Under the pieces are notes generated by a model. That model was not told the origin of the DNA. It did no database searches and saw only the letters and a program-made list of their open reading frames with translations. A program made the position numbers and the translations under genes. A stretch of 64,000 nucleotides of DNA, taken from positions 1-64,000 of the forward strand of contig NGBS01000583.1 of the NCBI GenBank assembly GCA_002245135.1, in the 5' to 3' direction. This document shows, one piece after another, positions 1 to 15,256 of the stretch. Source of the stretch: Proteromonas lacertae (taxonomy: Eukaryota). Position 1 is the first letter of the stretch. The number at the start of each line of letters is the position of its first letter.

Positions 1-2905
1 TGTGAAAAAGGAATGAAAATGTTGTTATTAATATAATATCAACTTTATTGTCTTCCCCATCCAATTCATATTCAGATTTCATTAATAAACAAGATACATA
101 TGGTAATACATGCTTTCATTATGCTGTTAAATCTGGTAATATGTTAAATATTGTTGTTATTACTTGAGTATGATGTAAATACTGAGTTAAAGAACAAAGA
201 AGATAAATTGGCAATTGAGTATGGTAATGAAAGTGTTAAGTGTTGTTAAATACTTGTGAAAAAAAAAGTCTGAAAATGTTTATTAAGTATATTATTCAGA
301 ATAGTGAAATAGATGGAATGAATGGATTATATTAGTATATATATGATATTATTTGTATTATAAACATAGTGCTATGAATAAAGATGATATAAATTCAGCT
401 ACATTTGTTGGACCAAATAACTTCTCAATAACAAAAGATGCTAATGGAAAATGGTAATAAAAGAGAGTAAGAAGTATTATTATCAAAATACAAATGAAGA
501 TAATGCTAATGTATCATTTCCACCAACTAAATATTGGGATGTAGCAAAACATGGAAGTTCAAAAATACCAGATATAATTGACTATTTTGATGTGTTATGT
601 AGGATTAATATATATCAAAAGTTGAAGAATACTTAAAGAATGGATATGTAATAAATAAGTGTAATTATAATAAAAGTGATAATCCAGTTGATTTTGCGAT
701 ACAGAACAACAGTAATGATTTAATAAATATATTGACAAGTAATAATCAGGAAATAACTTTCCACAATTTTTGTGTATTATTTTTATACATTATATATATA
801 CAATAGACATGTGTTAAATGTAACAACTTGAATATTTTATCAAATATAATAAAAATGAGTAATTCAATTGATTTGTCTCAAGAAGACTATGAAGGTAATA
901 ACTTGATATGTTTATGTTGTGAATATTCATCAATTGAAGTATTACAGTTTTTATTATCTCGAAAATTGTCATTGTATATAACTTACAAAGAAATCATCAC
1001 AAACTCCACTTCATTTAGCCTGTAAAAGGCCTAACAATAGTGAAATTATCAATTTGATTCTAGATACTATTAATTATAATATTCCTTACATTAATCTCCT
1101 AGATTCTGAAGGTAATACAATATTACATTACATAGTAGTAAATGAAGATGAAATAGAAATAACTAAAAGACTTTTATATATTGGAATAAATAAAATGATA
1201 TTAAATAAAAAGAATTACTCAGCTTTTAATATTGCAAAATATTCAGGTTCGATTGAAGCTGCAAATTTATTGAATCCTTCGAAATATAGTGAAGAATATC
1301 CTAGTATCTCAAAACCATATGAGTATAATAATGAAATATGGGATTATTACTATAAAGAACTATATCCTAAACCACCTAATTATTTCAGTACACAAATCAA
1401 TAATGAAGGAGATTACTATACATTTCAAGTAGTTGTTCAAAAAGAAATACCAAAAACGTATATTCTATTTCATTACTTTATGAATAGTATGTTGTATGTT
1501 TGTATTGAATCAGGTGTGTATATTACGAAGATCCAAGAAGCACAATATTTACTTGTCCTGTAGATACATATAATAAGAAAATTACATTTGATGAAACTGT
1601 AAGTGTCGATACTTCTAAAGATTCAGAAATTGAAAAGTACAAAGAATAGTATATATAATATAATGATATATTATTTTTATTCAAATATAGTATAAAACAA
1701 TTAGAAGATAGTTTGAATAATGTTACAATCAAATTGAACAATTCATTTGAGAATATGAAATTATTGAAAAGTAAAGAACATGAAGATAAGGATTCAATAA
1801 TTGAAGAACTGAAGAAAGACATTTTACAATCGCAAGAGAAAGAAGAATCAACAAAAAAGGAAAGATAATCAAATTAACTATTTAAATGATACTATTAAAA
1901 GTCAACAACAGAAAATAGATGATTTGTTACAGAAATATGAGAAAGATATGAATGAGATGAATGAATTGAATGAACAATATAAGAGAGTATTAGATGAAAA
2001 GATGAGTATAAGTAGTCCTGCATATAAAAGTTCAATGAGAAACGTACAAAATCAATCTTTATATATAATGAGTATATAGTTATCTTCATTTTATTTATCA
2101 ATAGTTAATAACAATCCAGATTTGGAAAGTATAAAGAAGAATAACAACATTATATCTGTTCCAGTGTTAAACAATAGTAATGTATCTTATGTTGTTAAAA
2201 CAAAAAATACCAATGAGCATAAATTAATTAAGATAATCCAAATAACAACAAGCTATGAAGATAAATATGAAAGTTATGAAAAATCAATAGAGAAAATAAA
2301 CAACTTAAAATCTCCATTATTCATGCTATTCAATATAAATATGAATGAAGAAAGAGTGTTGTTTATATAGAACAAATATATAAGATTAACTCTATTTCTT
2401 TAGATTCCTTGCAACAGAAATATGATAAAACTCAAATAATAAAAATATACGAATCAATTGTTGAATCATTGAAAATGATAAGTGATAATAATATTGTTAA
2501 TGGCAATTTAAAACCATCTAACATTATTCTACATCCAGATGGTTCTATTAGTATAACCGATTATTGTCTAAATACAATATCACAGCCATTCAGAGATAAG
2601 AATAATTGTACATATTATAGTCCTGAGATATTGTCAAACAGTGAAATAACCTATAAATCTGATGTTTGGTCATTTGGCTGTATTATTCATTATTTGATTA
2701 TTTACCCTCATATATCACCATTTACTAATGAAAATATCATTGAATACCTTGAGAAAGATAATATTGATATATTATCATATATTATTGATTATAGAACTGA
2801 TTTTGCTTTTATCAATTAGTATCAGATATGTTACAACCTAATCCAGATGTTAGACCAACTTATGAAGAAATTGAAGCAAAGATAAATGAATTGAAGTCTA
2901 AATAG
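1..2905 (+). pseudogene. 5'-truncated, frameshifted copy of the ankyrin-repeat/pseudokinase gene
   Basis: Mirror of 38403-41314 with many 1-2 nt indels that break ORFs continuous in the right copy (e.g. the 273-aa ORF is split into 65+169 aa). The indels may be sequencing errors. Confidence 0.75.
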
Positions 2906-2997
2906 TTTTTTATACTCAATTATTAAAATCTATTTTGAATTTTTTATTTGGCTTGACGGTTTTTTTAATTTTTAATTTTTAATTATTTAAAGCCAAT

Positions 2998-5307
2998 ATG
3001 TGATAAAGTTGCTCCTACTTCTCACGATAATGTTCAACTACAAAACCATAGACATCATCATCATCGTAATCATCATCATCATTCGCAAGAGAATTCAAAG
3101 CCAGATATATCTGATCCAAGAGTATTATATCATATTAATAAGTAATTTCAATGTTAGTATTACGATAAAGTGCTTAAAAAGGTCGAAGAAGAAGAAAGAA
3201 GAATGGCAAAAAAAGAAAGTGACACTAGAGACGAAAAAGGAAGTGATATACATTCTAGAAGAGAGATACAAGTGAAGCAATTACTAAATCTTGAACAAAG
3301 ATTGACATTGAATGTTGGATCTGTTCTTAAGTCAATTTCCAAACATGAGGAAGTAAAAAATATGGTAAAGAGTTTCACATTAGTTATGAATCAGGAATAG
3401 TAATAGCAGTTTATCTAGAATCAATAGTAAGTGAATTATTTGAAGCAACAATATCAAGTTTAAAAGATGTTAAAATATCGCTGAAAAATGATATGATGAA
3501 AAAAGACTATACTCCAATCAGAATAAGAGATGAAAAGAAAATAATAGAAGAAAAAGAAAACAAAATATCATTGAAATATGTTCAAGTTTCTATAAGATCA
3601 AATGGTGAATTACAAAAACTAATGGCAAGTAATCCTTTATTAAGAAATAAGCATTAAACTGTTAGATCATAATACAATTGACTTGTTAAAAAGAATAAAA
3701 CTGTATAGTGATGAAGATGTTGATTTATTCAAAGTATATCAGTCAAAAAGAAGGACAAACAGTGATAATAATAATGAGAGTATTTCACTAATAAAAGAAT
3801 TCTTATCTACTGGTCAAATACTGAAAATATTGAATAAAATTAATCCTGGATATTCATTAAGCACTGATACTAATAATTTTATATGGAATTTGTGTAAAGA
3901 ATTGTTAGATTTATTAATGAGAAGATTAGTGCAGTTTATTAACTATGTAATTACAGATGATATTGTGTTAAATATAATGAATAGATTATTACCAGAAAAA
4001 ATATTTGAAATTATAAATACAATTACTATAATATATTGAAGTATTATAAACTTGAAGGCGAAGATGAAGAGGATATTGAATTTCAGATAGGTGTATTTGA
4101 TGGAATAAATGTCAAAAAGAAGTATATTTACAATTGTAAGAGAAACAATTCTTTAGCTGATTGTGTTAGATCTTTGTTTATGTATTTATTATATTATAAT
4201 TAAGTATATAGAGAAATGGGTTTGTTAAAAGTAAAAGATTATGTTAATAAGAAAGATGTTGAAGAGTATATTATAGCTTAGATTATTCTATAATTTAGTG
4301 ATTTAAAGACACTTAAAGTGATTATATTTTGTTATATAACACTCTGCCTGTTAGTTATACTTCTACACCAGAACGTATATATAATCATTTTACCTATTGT
4401 TGTTATTGTTATTAGAGATTGGATTAGATGTAGAAAGTACAATCTATTTAGTAAATAAGAAATGGTTTGAGGATAAGAGAAAAAGAGATGCACAAAGAGG
4501 ATATATTTATATTCTGAGTATAAAATATTCTTTTTAATCTTTTTCTTATTATATAGTAAAGATAATAAAGATGATATTAGTCAGTATCTATTTCAATACC
4601 GTATAAAATATTGTTTATGTATTGTTTAAATAGCAATTGTTGAGAAGTATAAAAGAAGAGATGATATTCCAGACGAAGAAGATGTAGATGATCATAATGA
4701 TGAATTTGAAGAAGATGATGATGATGATTTTACTGATGATAATAAAGGAACAGTAGTAGTATTGTTCATTATTATATTATTGATATTAGAAAAAGACAAA
4801 TCAAAAACCTCAGTTTGTACATAATGGAAGATATTATCATGAAGAATCGACAGAGAAACAGAAAGAACTTTATCAAAAGAGAGTATTACATATATTTATG
4901 ATATTAATGTGTATAGTTTAATGATATAGCAAAACCTACATCAGAACAATTGGAAGTATTATTATCATATTTCAACAATATCAACATTCAAATTATCAAA
5001 TTACTTCAATCACCAGATGATAAGACTGATCTTGATGTAGAACCAAAAGAAATGGATGAAATTATTAGAAATATTTCTAAACTTAATAATCAAACCATCG
5101 ATAATTTGAAAAAAGTAAATGAAAATTACCAAAAGTATTATGTTGCTTTTGCTATAGATAAACAACATAAAAGTATAATATATATATATTATTATGTTAG
5201 TGTTGAATGAGACTAAACAAGCAGAAATGGTGAAAGAAGAATATGAGAAAAAAGAAGGAAAAGAAGAAGAAGTTAAAACGGAAGAAGATGTAGTTAATAT
5301 CGAATAA
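2998..5307 (+). CDS. H2A-like/H2B-like/SUMO-like protein, left copy with frameshifts
   Basis: Mirror of 35991-38310. Indels near 3000, 3360, 3650 and 4020 split the 345-aa ORF of the right copy. Confidence 0.7.
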
Positions 5308-5663
5308 TTTAATTCATTGTTGTTATTATTTTTCATGATTTATTTACATCAATAAACAAAACTTAGAAAATATAATAATAATCTTTCAAGATTGATCAAT
5401 CTCACTTAAACTTTATTCCATATCATATATATACATTTTATAAAATGGTCATTACCTTAAATTTTACAATTTATCTATAAAATGATCATTTATAGTATGT
5501 ATATTATAATTATACAAAAAATATCAAAATACTAAAGAAGAGAAAAGAGAAATAATCAAAACATAAAGCTATATCCTTTGCCAAACTCAAGATTATCTTA
5601 ACCCTTTGATTTTTAAAAACAAATTATAATGTAATATATAATCTTATGATATGAGGTTAGTAT

Positions 5664-8516
5664 TTATTTAATATCCCAAAATTCTTTAAATAATTCTTTC
5701 TTTTCTTCTTCCAATATTCCTTCAATTTTCATTCTTTCAATTGATAAGAATGTTTCTAAGAATGATTTTAATTCTGATTTATCTATATTGTCTTTTACTG
5801 TTAATGACAATTCATCTAAACAATCAAATACTTCTTGATTTTCTTTCATTATTCTTAGTTCTTTTTCATCTAATACATTTCCTGATATATCAATCCTTTT
5901 TAACTGTTTATAGCCTTTTAATCTTTCTATTAATATTGTCAATCCCTTTTCACTCATTCCAATATCTATTCAAATAATAGAATTACTGTATAATACTTGA
6001 AAGATTTAACGATCCTATATCATAATTTGGCTTTTTCTCTATGAATTTATCTAAATTGTTACAAATTATTTCCACCCCTTCATCTCCAATTGCATTATTA
6101 TATATTGCTATATAGTTTGCATATTTTGGTAAACAATTTGTTAATTCTTTTAATCCTTTTGAAGTTATTCTATTATTGGATAAATCAAGACGATAATATT
6201 CAATATTTTTTTATTAATGAAATATGAGAATCATTGATATTTAAATCTATTTCATAACACATTTGTATTATATACTTGATATTATTAAATGCTTTCTTTT
6301 CTTTCTAATACAATAATTCAAATAATAATACAATTCTTTATTACTCCATTTAGAATATCTCATCTCAATAAATGGATAATCTATATTTTCTAATGATTTA
6401 GAACAAATTGATTTTAAGATATTAAAACTGATAATATTTCCTTTTAGATTTATTGTGTTACATTCTCTAATTCTCCACATATTATTGATTAACAGCTGTA
6501 CGCTTTCATCAAATATTAAAGTATTACTCAAATTAATATCTTTATAATAATTATCCTCCATCAATATATTTAAATTTTCTACTAATTTTTTTATACCCTT
6601 ATTTCCAATTGGATTATCTATTAAACAAATACATAATATACTATATACTATGAATATCTAAAACTATTTCAATTTTACTATAATCCTCTAAAAAAATCTT
6701 TAAATATTCCATTCCATTTGCATGTATATTATTATCACTTACATCGAGTTTAAACTCAGTACTTTGATAATAATAGTTCTAATTATTTCTAATATATCCA
6801 TTACGAATATTCTTTAAACCATCTAATGTATATTTCAATCCAATTGAAGATAATCCCATTTCTATAACATATAATATCTTAACAACAATACTTTAACAAT
6901 TAATTCCATAATAGTAATTATCTAATAATAAATGTAAATGAGGAGATAATAATTTCATTCCTTTATCTCCTATTTCATTTCCATATAATTCAAGATGATC
7001 AAGTTTAGGAAATGAAGATAAATTGTTGATGAATATTTCTATGCTTTTATATGTTAGTTTATTATCTAAAGAATAGAAAAATATCTAATTATACTACACA
7101 AATCTAACTTTTCTATTTCTTTTAACTCATTCAATCTTAAAGAAATGAATGATTTGAAAATATCATCATCAATATCTAAATCACTCAGATTAAAGAACTG
7201 GATATATTTTACTAATTCTGGAATATCTTTATCAATCAGTAATTCTTTACTTTCATTAAAATTAAATTTGATTTTTGAAATAGGAAATTTCAAGAATAAA
7301 CCTTTTAACCCTTTTGAATGAATATTATTATTTTGAGTAATATCTATTTTCTCAAGATTTGGATATTTATATAATTCTTCTGATAATAACATCATTGATT
7401 CATCATTCAATCTCATTCCTCTTAAATTCAATTCATTATTTTTATTGATTAATAAACATAAATATGGAAGTAATAATTTGAAGCCTTTTGGACCAATTGG
7501 ATTAACTATTTCATAATAGCATAAATACAAATAATAACACATACCTTTCATAAATTGAATGAATTTTACGATTGGTTCAACGAAATGAAATGCAAGATTT
7601 GATAATTGTGAAAATAATGATCCAAAAAACGATTGTAGTTGAATCAGGATATGAATATCATCTAAATAAATGTAAATGATAATAAATACCAAATCTTAGT
7701 TTTGTTGAATTAGAATATTCACATGGAAGTGTTGTTTCTTTTCTTTCATTACACATCATCAAATATTCTTCATCTCTCAATATTTCACTCATATCATTTT
7801 TTAATTCTTTTAAACTCAATCTATCTTTACTCTTCACTTTCAACATTCTTTCTATCATCTCTTTCATTTTCTTGTTACTTTTTCTTTTAAAACTGTATTT
7901 ACATCTCATTATGTTATTCATTGTTTTAATCATATTATCATCTTCATTAAATGGTAATTTCTTGTTTATTATCTCAGATAATATACAACCAATTGACCAA
8001 ATTACACTTCTCTCATTACATTCATATCCATTCAGTTCTTCAGGGCTTTTGAAGCACATATCATATATTCTTATATCTTCAACTTTTCTCAATGCGTTTA
8101 AACATAAATCACATAACTTTATGTTGTTATTCATATCAAATACAACATTTGAACTCTTCAAATTACTTATCACTACATCACATTCACTCCAAATCATCAA
8201 AATATCAAATAATGAATTTATCACTCTATAAACATCACAGATTGAAAAAGTTTCAATTTGAATCACCTCTTCTAAATCTCTCTCATAACAATTTCTCTCA
8301 TATATCATCATATTATCACTGATTTGTTGGATTAGTGAGGGAAGTAAGAATGGAAGAGAAAAATCACATAACAAGTTAAAATTATCAATAAATTTTAATG
8401 TCTTATTCTTTTTCATACTTCCAATATTGAAGATTTTCAACATTTTAACTTCTTTCTTTTCTTCTATTACCAAATCTACTTCATTACCATTCTTTTCTAC
8501 TCTATCCTTTATCTAG
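5664..8516 (-). CDS. Degenerate protein kinase domain plus RI-like leucine-rich repeats (multi-exon; 5' end uncertain)
   Basis: Kinase subdomains ISNLKSSNVV, KLCDLC, FKSPE and VIWSIG, then LRRs such as LNLRGMRLND, LDLSNNRIT, NAIGDEGV and IDISGNVL separated by ~30-nt introns. Confidence 0.8.
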
Positions 8517-8904
8517 AATATACAACATAACAAAATACTTTCAAATTCGGTATTTTATATTTCAATAACTTATCTAAATCGTGAAAAAACATTTCTGAAA
8601 ATTGAGTCGTTTCACTTTAATATTTTTCTTCTTTTCTTTCATTCATGATATTATTTTTTTCCCTTCATTATTATTCTTCACATTACAATCATTAATTATA
8701 TTTAAATATCAGATGAAAAGGCTATACAACTAATGACATACAAACAACACTATAAAATAAAACACTCTTCTTATATAATCTATGTGTACGGAAATTTAAT
8801 TTGCACCTATAATAAGCACAATTAATGATGAGGGGAATGAAAAAATTTGATTATTAAAATTCTATTTTGATCAAGCCAAATTTATATATTATCGTTTTGT
8901 TTTT

Positions 8905-10379
8905 ATGAATCGAAGAACTAAGAAAGAGAACAAAACTAAACTACCAGAATTGTGTATATTTATGATGTATTAATTATATTAGCAGGTTGTAAAAATGAAA
9001 GTTCAGGTGATATTAAAGCCAACTCTAGTTTATCCAGAGTATATTCTGAAGCTAGTTTAGAAAGTATAAAATAATATATAAATTAATATTTAAAGCATCT
9101 AATAACCAAGATGATCTTCTTTCAACCTCACATATGAAGGATATATCCAAATCGTATATAAATATATAATAAGTGAAATATGTTTATGTAATATAGACCA
9201 TTGAAATTGCCTTTATCTTTGCAATTAGCAGTTCCTCACGTTAACCAGCTGAGAAAGAGAGGATTACAGTTAGATGAAAGTCTTAATGAAGATGGTGTAT
9301 TAAAAAGTAGATGTTGGAAAGCTTCAGCTGAGAGTAATCATGCTGCTTTAAAGATCCAATCGTTATATAGAGGTCATGTATAATATTTATATTTATATAA
9401 TACAATAAATACATGTAAATAGGTGAGTCGAAGATATGTATGGGGTTTAAATGGTTTATTACATCACAGACTAGCAATAAATATACAGCGAGTATTTCGA
9501 GGTTATTTAGGTAGAAAAATCTTCCAACGATTATTATTTGAAAAACAAACAGAATGTGCAATAAAAATCCAAGCAGTATATCGTAGTTATGCAAGTCGAC
9601 ATTGCATGTTTTCAAGATTTGTATTAAGGATCCAAAAATATTATCGTGGTTATTTATGTAGAAGAGAATATCGAAAAATGAAGAATCGACATTTATATAG
9701 ATGTGCTACTGAAATAGAAAGATTAGTAAGAGGATATTTAAGTAGAAAATTAAAGAGGAAACTATGCAGAATAAATAAGAATAAAGTGAATTACTATAGT
9801 AATAATTTAAATCAATTTATAAAGAATATAAGAATGAAATATAAATCAAATAGTAATGATGAGAATAATGTAGTTAATTATATTTATTATCTACAGTTTG
9901 TTGTTCAAAACCGATATTTATGTGATAAATATTACAGAATCTATTTAGATAAATATCCCAATAATAGTAAATTGATAATAGGTTATACATTGTTACAGCA
10001 AACTCTTTATAATAGTCGAAATTTGAATAAACCCAAAGATTATAATTATAATAATATATATTGTTTATGTTCTTATTTGCAAAGACAAAGTGAAATATTC
10101 GAATATATAGAGAATATGTTTTTATACCCACAAATAGTAATAAATCCAAAGAGACCAGATGTATTATATAATATTATTCATATATATATTGAATTAGAAT
10201 TACTTATTAATGGCAATGTTATTACAATTAAAAGGTGATAGAACGAGTATTATTAGAGCTGAAAAGTATCTTATAAAATGTAAAGAATTAAGTAAAAGAG
10301 GGGAATCATTGTTTGATCGATTTTATGATTCATTTATACAAAACTTTTATGGTAAACCAAAACTAATATTGCGAGAAAA

Positions 10380-10413
<34 letters not shown>

Positions 10414-11728
10414 GTAATAATAATTAGAGAATATAATGTCTATCGTGTTAATAAATCTTTCAGAATATATTCAAATACAAATGGTAATATACCTCCATAT
10501 ATTATATCATCTAATGAAATATATCATGCGATTTATCATGATTTTGTTCATATTATTCCTGATTATTATCGTGTATTTGGTATGGATTTAAAGAATAACG
10601 AACCAATTAGAGAATGGCTTTGGGATGAAGATTATATCAATGGAACTCCAACAGAATATGATATGTTAAGATTTGAAGCCAATATAATATATCATTTAGA
10701 TATAAAAATAGAAAATAATAGAATTATATCTGTTAGTATATATTTATATTATATGTCATATTAAAATCTAGATGAAAAATTGGATCATATTTTATGTGAT
10801 AGAATAAAATATTTGACACTTTATTCCAAGATAGTTAGTTGTCAATCATATATTCGTCGATATTTAGCCAAAGAATGGTTTAAACGAAATGTTCTAGTTT
10901 TAAAGTTATTAAAAGTTCAAAGGTTCAAATTAAGATATCTTCAACATAAACATAATCATCATATAGAGTCTTATAAAGCAATATGTGAAAGATTATTGAA
11001 TTATTTATATCGAATAAGATCTGAATTAAGCGATCGAATAAAAATAGCTTCAATAATCACATTACAATGTTTTGGAAGAAAAATATTATCAAAGAATAGA
11101 GTAAAAGTATAATAATAATAATTTTATTATATATATATAGAAAGCAAGAAAAAACAAATTCTATAAGAATGATGTAAATGAAATTTATAGAGGAAATCAT
11201 GTAATAAATGATCATGATTTAGTAATAACAATATTAAAGAGTGGTGAAAGTTATTTATTACTTGGATATGATATTATAGAATGTGAAGAATATGAGTGCT
11301 GGGTTACTCATAATATAATAAATGAGATATTAATAAACTTTCCTTATGGTTATATACCACCTTATTATGATAATGAGTTTTGTAAATCTGAAACAAAGAA
11401 TCTATACAGTTTAATGAAAAGACTAGAGAGAAATGATACTAATAGAATAATTGAAGTGATTATACATAATTTAAAATTAATACCTTGTATTACAAATCTT
11501 GCAGATATATCTAATTTATCTAATTTACCAACATTATGTATTGATTTAAAGAATAATATCTCTGATCAAAATAGTAAAGGAATGATCTATAATATTACCC
11601 ATCCATCCACAAGATTATTAAAGGATCAAAGTAAAAAATTGATTAATAAGAATTTAGATGTTAAAAGAAAAAACATATACGAGATAATGAAGAAGTATAA
11701 TGAAGAAAGATTAAATAAGAAACCTTAA
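8905..11728 (+). CDS. Multi-IQ-motif (calmodulin-binding) protein, multi-exon
   Basis: Repeated IQxxxRGxxxR motifs (IQSLYRGH, IQRVFRGYLGR, IQAVYRSYASR, IQKYYRGYLCR, CQSYIRRYLA, LQCFGRKIL). ATG at 8905; short introns join the ORFs. Confidence 0.85.
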
Positions 11729-11845
11729 TTTAATAATATTTAAATAAATTGGTGCACCAAAATGAACTAAACGTTTTCGTAAACCATAATTTAAAAGAAT
11801 ATAATTGGTCAAATATTTACAGACCTTTCATATTAAAAGTCAAAC

Positions 11846-13655
11846 ATGTTTGCTTTTTTGCCATTATTTTTATTTTCATTTATTAATATTTCTTGTGAAT
11901 GTTTACCAGGAATATATTGTGATAACATTTTAGGAGAATATAGAATGGAAAAAGTAAATTGTGACACAAATGGAATGATAATTGATTCAGTTTCAAAACT
12001 AGGAGATCTTATAAATGATGATTCAAATAGTAGATGTATTGGTGATGAAAAAATTGGAATAAAAACAATCCATGATTCAAAATTTTCACAATCGTTAAGT
12101 CATTTAAAATTTCCTGTGGATAGTTTATCATTTTCTTTATGGTTTAAAGGTGTTGATACATCAAACAGTGTAATTCAAATAAGTTCAGATAATCATATTC
12201 CATTATTGTCATTAAGATTGAAGAAAATGATTTATTTCAATGAAAAATTAAATAAATATGACAGTGTTATTTTTAAGAATCTTACTCTTCTTCAATACAA
12301 TAATGAAATAATCATAATCTCAAATAATGCAGTCAAAGTATATGTTAATTCAGATTTAGTGTTTGAGAGCAATATAGATTTATCAATGCAATTATTTAAC
12401 ACATCATCAATTATAGACTTTTTTACATCTAATAGTATGGTGTATTATTATTTTTCAATATATAATGAAGTATTATCTGAAACAAATATTAAAAATAATT
12501 ATAAGATAGGATTTCAGCCAAGTTTCCCCATTTTTTATTCACATAATCCAATCATTACATCAGAAAACATGGAGATTGATATAAATATATACTATTTATG
12601 GTCAGATGAATTCTATATTAAACCAATGATTGATAATGTTGTAAAATATTTCAAAATAGAATTAATTCCACCTAATATAGGAACTTTTAAAATAAATAAT
12701 ACAGTTGTTGTTTCTCCTCATATTATATCAATTGAAAATCTGAAGTTGTCATATAATCCTCCTAAAGATACATTCAATGAATCAGAGTATTTTATATAAT
12801 AATATATTATTATACTTATTTCATAGTCCATTAACATATTTTAAAATAAATGTAGAATATGATGGAAATTATGAATCTTATATATTTAATATTACAGTTT
12901 TACCTCATATATACCCACCTATATCAGTCAATTCTACTCAATCATTAGAATACTTAAAATATGAAAGGATACAATTTCCTAGACCACAGTTGCACCCTTT
13001 ATCGAAAAATGTAACATTTGTTATTGAAAATAAACCTAGATATGGAAAAATTACATTAGAAGATAAAGAAGATATAGACAATTTTAATTTTACTGACATA
13101 GGCAATATAATATACAGAAGTATGAAGCATCAAAATAGATGTCAAAAAAATGAAATGTACTATGAAGACCTTATTAATTATTACATAGAAGATGTATCCA
13201 ATAATGTTATATCATCATCATATACTATAACCCTTTTTGTATATACATACATATATCTATAATTTATAATATCATAGATATCTTGCTATTCACCATGTAG
13301 ATTAGTTAATAATAGTACTTATGAAAACCAAAACTTAACAATTAATTTAGAGTGTCAAAAAAGCAATTATACAAAAATAATTATATTTTCTCCTCCTAAA
13401 CATGGAAACTATTACTATGTAGAAAACAATACAAAAGTAGATGGATATCCAAAAAACTACTATGACAATTTAATTTATTACTCTCCACAACGCAAATATT
13501 TTAATTATCCAACTCGTAATATAAATAATGAAACAGTTATTAACAAAGAAGATGAAGAATCATTGACATATAAATATTACGTTAATGAAAATTTAATCTA
13601 TTTTCAGTCTTTAAAAATTGATATTATTAATATAAAAGATAATTTAACTATGTAT

Positions 13656-13687
<32 letters not shown>

Positions 13688-14196
13688 TTATATATTATAG
13701 AACATCCCATCACAAAGAAACTACTCTAAAATTGTATGAAACTAAAAATGAATCAATTGAAATAAATGATTTTGATAATAAATATCATTCATATAAATTA
13801 TCCTATCAATCAAAAGATTTATTAGTTTTATTTAAATATCCTAGAAGCTGTTTACTAAGCACAGATAAAACAAATGATATTGTTGGAAATTACTCATGTA
13901 TTGATGACCTTCTGTCTAAAATATACCTTGGTGCAACATCTCCAAATAATGGAATCAAATTAATAATAGAAAGAGATGATAATACAAATACATCGCTTGT
14001 TATAAATTATGCTTTGAAAGCTAAAATAAGCAAAGCTTTTTCTATTAGCATTTCAGTCTTTTCAGGATTATGTGTCATAGCTGCTCATTTTATTTCAATT
14101 ATTACAACTAAATCGCATACAATTATAATAAAGAAAGAAAGAAAAAAGAAAATGGAAGAAGCAAACAAAGTAAGCTTTGTAACAATAAAAATATAA
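11846..14196 (+). CDS. Single-pass membrane/secreted protein with LamG/ConA-like and cadherin/Ig-like segments
   Basis: Hydrophobic signal peptide MFAFLPLFLFSFINISC, LamG-like SFSLWFK, repeated PxxG motifs (PPNIGTF, PRYGKI, PKHGNY), and a C-terminal TM helix followed by a basic tail (KKERKKK). Confidence 0.6.
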
Positions 14197-15256
14197 ATAT
14201 AATATATTTATTTTCTTTCACTATTGTATATAAGAAATAATAAACTGTTATTTGATAAAACTCTATTGATCAGAATTTTTCGTAATGATTGTCTATTAAA
14301 CTTATCTAAATAACACATATTTATACATATATTACATAGTTATTTGATATATATTGATTCAAAAGGGGTAAATATAATTAATTGAAATGATCAGAATATT
14401 AAGATATCTTATATCGTAAAAATTTTAACTTATGTATTAAGCTTTATCAATCATTCATGAAAATACTATATTATTTTAAAAATTACACAATTTTATAAAA
14501 TATGATGTTTATTTACATACTAATATACCAATATAGTAATAGTAATACATATATATAATATTGAATATTTAAGCTTGATCTATTTCAAGCTTTTCATTTT
14601 CATATAAAAAGGGTTGCCATGCAGCTTACTTTAATTGCAACAATGACATAACGGTTAATGGAGAAAATGAATTGAATAACCAAGCAAAATATACAAACTA
14701 TAAACTAACAATTACAAATCCGAGTATTAAATATGAATAAGTCAATTTAATAGTAGAAAATAATTGTTACATGTAATAGTTTAAGTAAATATATGAATCC
14801 ATCAACAAAAATCCCTAGATACAGAAAGGTTGTCATTCCTGTGCTGTGCCCCCTCCTTCTGTCCTTGTCCTTTGTAATTCAAATTCATCAGAATCAATAA
14901 GAGACATATAATTATATATAATATACACAATTGCTTCTGTTTTCCCGATATTATCATTAATTCATCTAAAAATGAAAATAGTCTATTTAACGATTCACAA
15001 AATAACGCTAAAAATTTTAAAAGGGTAAAATAATTCTGGATTTACAACACAATTTCTATTATTAATATGCGCTATTTCATCCATTTGTATTTTCATCTTT
15101 TAAATTAACATCATTGTTTTTTATAAGAACAGTATTATAAATATGCAAATTTAAACACAATTCTATTTCAGTAGTTTAAATTAATAGACAAATGAAATTG
15201 TTTGATTATTTAAAAAGAATATGAGTTTTATTTTATTAAATGGCATATGTCAATCT

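Noticed and set aside
1..400. Telomere or true chromosome end at the window start
   Set aside because: No telomeric repeats; the sequence is an error-rich copy of internal exons.
1523..2101. Antisense ORFs rich in S/F/L/I (also 3160-3378, 5010-5336, 7872-8231, 52684-55927, 59137-59452)
   Set aside because: They are shadows of K/E/N-rich coding sequence on the opposite strand.
451..4039. Programmed frameshifting or a variant genetic code explaining the broken ORFs
   Set aside because: The mirror copy is in frame at these sites, and the other breaks are explained by introns under the standard code.
10380..10411. (TA)n microsatellites (also 13656, 27620, 30890, 48150) as functional repeats or a CRISPR-like array
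   Set aside because: They lie inside short introns and have no repeat-spacer structure.
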